DNA of 64,000 nt. Origin: Chiloscyllium plagiosum. Lineage: Eukaryota. The notes under the pieces are model-generated. The model made no database searches, was not told where the DNA came from, and worked only from the letters and a program-made list of their open reading frames with translations. Location: NCBI RefSeq assembly GCF_004010195.1, contig NC_057724.1, forward strand, positions 65,730,096-65,794,095. Reading direction: 5' to 3'. The translations under genes and the position numbers were made by a program. The first letter of the stretch is position 1, and each line of letters starts with the position of its first letter. Below are positions 60,387 to 64,000 of this stretch, piece after piece.

Positions 60387-61159
60387 GCCGAGCTGCTCTC
60401 TCACTGCCCGCACTGGTCCAAAGCTCACACTCTGAGATGAAGTAATATAGAAAGCTGCTGTCCTCAGTGCCCTATACGTACTCCACGCCCCCGTGGAACT
60501 TCCTTGGAGGCATACATAAAATGTATACAACCAATAGGGCACCAAATCGTCCGATGCTCCGAATGTCTCCAAGCCAACCTGACAACACCTACCTCTCTTT
60601 AACTCAGGGAATTTTTCTCCTATCTACACACCACCTGCTGCTGACTGGACTTCCGATCTTTCCCGATTCCCAATAAGTAACGTTAAAGTCATCTGCTGCG
60701 TCGACTCTTAAAGTGAAACTCAGTCACGAGTTTTAAAAAAAAAATCTGCCTAAAACAGAATTGAAATTTCACATTTTAAAAATAAACACACGTGCAGTCC
60801 TCATAACGGGAAGTAACTTCGAAATAAAACTTCACTGCACCAAATAGAAGTACGGTCAGACTTTTGAAACAGATTTGAATTATAATTTTAATATAAATAT
60901 GTTTAGAAGGTTCGCTAAGAGATATGGAACAAATAAAGGTCTGATTACACTATTTATTAATCGAACAGGGAGAAGAATCCGGTTCGAAATTAAGTAATTA
61001 TAGAATCAAACGTACCTCTTCAGATACGCACATCCGTTGTTCTACAGACTTGCTGCAAGTTTATTTGTTATTGATCATATGCAGATGTTCAGACTTCACA
61101 AGATAGAAAGAACGTTGCAACGAGTAAGGCAGAGAATTAAAAAGGAAATAAAACGAACG

Positions 61160-64000
61160 AGTCATAGAGCGTGGGAAACGGACACCAGCCCAATTCGTTC
61201 ATGCCGACCAGCAATCCTAAATTGATCTTGTCCCAATTGCCAGCATTTGGCCCATATCCCTCTCATCTCCTCCTATTCATGTACCCATCCAGGTGCCTTT
61301 CATGTGTTATTATTGCACCAGCCTCCACCAATTCCTCTGGCAGCTCATTCCATACACTCACCATCCTCTGAGTGAAAATGTTGCCTCTTAGGTCCTTTTT
61401 CAATTTTTCCAGTCTCACCTTAAACCTATACAGTCTAGTTTTGGAGTCCCCCACCCTGGAAAAAAAAACCTTGGCTTCACCCTATCCATGCTCTTTTTAT
61501 AACGCTCTACAAATTCACCCCTCAACCAGGGAAAATAGTCCTAATCTATTCAACCTTTCCCCATTGTTCAAACCCTCCAATCTCAGTAACATTCTTGAAA
61601 ATCTTTTCTGCACCCTTTCAAGTTTAACAACACATTTGCTACAGCAGGGAGACCAGAATTGAATGCAGTATTCCAAAAGTGGCCTCATCAATGTCCTGTA
61701 CAGCTGCAATATGACCTCCCAATTCCTATACTCCATGAACTGACCAAGAAAGCAAGCATAGTAAACATCTTCTTCACTATCCTGTCTACCTGCAACTCCA
61801 CCTTCAAGGAACTATGAACCTGCACCTTAAGATTTGTTTGCTCAGCAACATTCCCCAGGACCCTTCCGGTAAGTGTATAAATTCCACCCTGATTAACCTT
61901 ACCAAAATACAACATCTCACACTTACTTAAATTCAACTCAATCTGCCACTCCTTGACCCAATCTGATCAAGGTCCCATTGTACTCTGAGACAGCCATCTT
62001 CATCGATCACTAGACCACCAATTTTGGTGTCACTCATTGAGTCATAGAGTCAAAGATGTACAGCATGGAAACAGACTCTTTGTCCATGCAGATCAGATAT
62101 CCTTAAATAATCTAGCTAGTCCTATTTGCCAGTATTTGGCCCATATCCTCTAGGTCGAGAGTGTAGTGCTGGAAAAGCACAGCAGTTCAGGCAGCATCTG
62201 AGGAGTAGGAGAATCGATATTTCGGCATAAGCCCTTCATCAGGAATGAGCTCATTCCTGATGAAGGGCTTTTGCCCAAAACGTCAATTCTCCTGCTCCTC
62301 GGATGCTGCCTGACCTGCTGTGCTTTTCCAGCACTATACTCTCGACTCTGATCTCCAGAATCTGTAGTCCTCACTTTCTACCCATATCCCTCTAAACCTT
62401 TCCTATTCATCTACCCATTCAGATGCCTTTCAGCTGTTATTATAGTACCAGCCTCCACCACTCCCTCTGGCAGTTAATTCCATATACGCACCATCTTCTG
62501 CATGAAAAAGTTGCCCCTTATGTCCCTTTTAAATCTTTCCCCTCTCACCTTAAATCTATGCCTTCTAATTTTGGACTCCCCTTCTCTGGGGAAAAAACCT
62601 ATTCACCCTATCCATGCCCCTCATTATTTTATAGTCCTCTATAAAGTCACCATTCAGCTTCTGATACTCCAGGGAAAATAGCCCCAGCCTGTTCAGCCTC
62701 TCAAACCCTCCAATCCTAGCAATATTGTTGTAAATCTTTCCTGAACCATTTCAACTTTTAAAACATCTTTCTTATAGCAGGGAGACCAGAACTGAATGTA
62801 GTATTGAAAATGTGTCCTAACTAATGTCCTGCACAGCCAGAATATGACCTCCCAACTCCTGTACTCAATACATTGACCAATAAAGTCATAAGCATGGTGC
62901 TGGAAAAGCACAGCAGGTCAGGCAGCATCCGAACAGCAGGAAAATCAACATATTGGGCAAATGTCCTTCATCAGGAATCCATTGGCCCATCTGATCAAGA
63001 TCCCATTGTAATGTGAGGTAACTTTCTTCACTGTCCACTACACCTCCAATTTAGGTGTCATCAGCAAACTTACTAACTATAATTTAGGTAAATGTGTTGT
63101 GCTGCATTTTGGAAAAGCGAATCAGAGCAGGACTTTTACACTTAATGGTAAGGTCATGAGGAGTGTTGCTGAACAAAGAGATCTTGGAGTGCAGGTTTAT
63201 AGCTCCTTGAAAGTGGAGTCGCAGGTAGCTAGGATAGTGAAGAAGGCATTTGATATGCTTTCCTTTATTGGTCAGAATATTGAGTACAGGAGTTGGGAGG
63301 TTAAGTTGTGACTGTACAGGACATTGGTTAGGACACTGTTGGAATATTGCATGCAATTCTGGTCTCCTTCCTATCAGAAAGATATTGTGAACCTTGAAAG
63401 GATTCAGAAAAGATTTAGAAGGATGTTGCCAGGGTTGGAGGATTTGAGCTATAGGGAGCAGTTGAATAGGCTAGGGCTGTTTTCCCTGGAGCNNNNNNNN
63501 NNNNNNNNNGGGAATCTAGAACTAGAAGGCATAGGTTTAGGGTGAGAGGGGAAAAATACAAAAGAGACCTATGGGGCAATCTTTTTCAGGCAGAGGATGG
63601 TGCATGTATGGAATGAGCTGCCAGAGGAAGTGGTGGAGGTTAGTATAATTGCAACATTTAAAAGGCAACTGGATGAGTATACGAATATGAATATATATGA
63701 TACGAACCAGGTGCTGGCAGGTGGGACTAGATTGGGTTGGGATATCTGGTCAGCACAGATGAGTTGGACCGAAGGGTCTGTTTCTGTGCTGTACATCTTT
63801 ATGACTCTATGACTCTATAAACTCTATCTCCACTCCTCAGCCCATTGGCCCATATGATCAAGATCCTGTTGCACTCTGAGGTAACCTTATTTACTGTCCA
63901 CTATACCTCCAATTTTGATGTCATCTGCAAACTTACTAACTATCCCCTCTATGTTCACATCCAAATCTTTTATATAAATGATGAAATGCAGTGGACCCAG
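61160..64000. mobile_element. cluster of four CR1 fragments (61160-62035 minus, 62040-63083 minus, 63085-63820 plus, 63825-64000 minus) with nested PLE inserts (about 62153-62380, 62885-62978)
   Basis: Repeated CR1 motifs LEYCIQFWSP and WNELPEE; palindrome flanked by cccatatcc(c)tcta; gap at 63493-63509. Confidence 0.85.

Noticed and set aside
59353-60440. Overlapping alternative-frame and antisense ORFs in SOWAHD (similarly 30406-31396)
   Set aside because: Expected from stop-codon scarcity in GC-rich sequence; no motifs.
60387-60572. N-terminal extension of the 409-aa ORF
   Set aside because: Begins at TTG and lies outside the GC-rich coding-like region; the first ATG is at 60386.

Overview
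Eukaryotic vertebrate DNA, very probably an elasmobranch (shark), inferred from HE1-type tRNA SINEs and CR1/HER1-type LINEs. Three protein-coding genes can be reconstructed exon by exon: NDUFA1 (minus strand, 3 exons, 70 aa), UPF3B (plus strand, 10 coding exons, 470 aa) and single-exon SOWAHD (minus strand, about 347 aa). This is the block found at human Xq24. NDUFA1 and UPF3B are head-to-head with only 319 bp between their ATGs, across a CpG-island promoter carrying NRF1, TCTCGCGAGA, CCAAT, GC-box and CRE-like motifs. RNF113A does not fit between them, and I could not find RPL39 between UPF3B and SOWAHD. The rest is mostly mobile DNA: many CR1 fragments, one full-length decayed L1-clade element with TSD and a 5' YY1 motif, a probable solo LTR, SINEs and several Penelope-like (GIY-YIG) families. 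The most striking pattern is roughly 20 minimal hammerhead-ribozyme motifs (CTGANGA..stem II..GAAA..NTH) from about four sequence families. Many sit in 90-260 bp, ORF-less, often palindromic inserts with 10-18 bp target-site duplications, and several lie in the sense orientation in UPF3B introns. All coordinates were read by eye; repeat boundaries are approximate and family names come from motif recognition, not database search.
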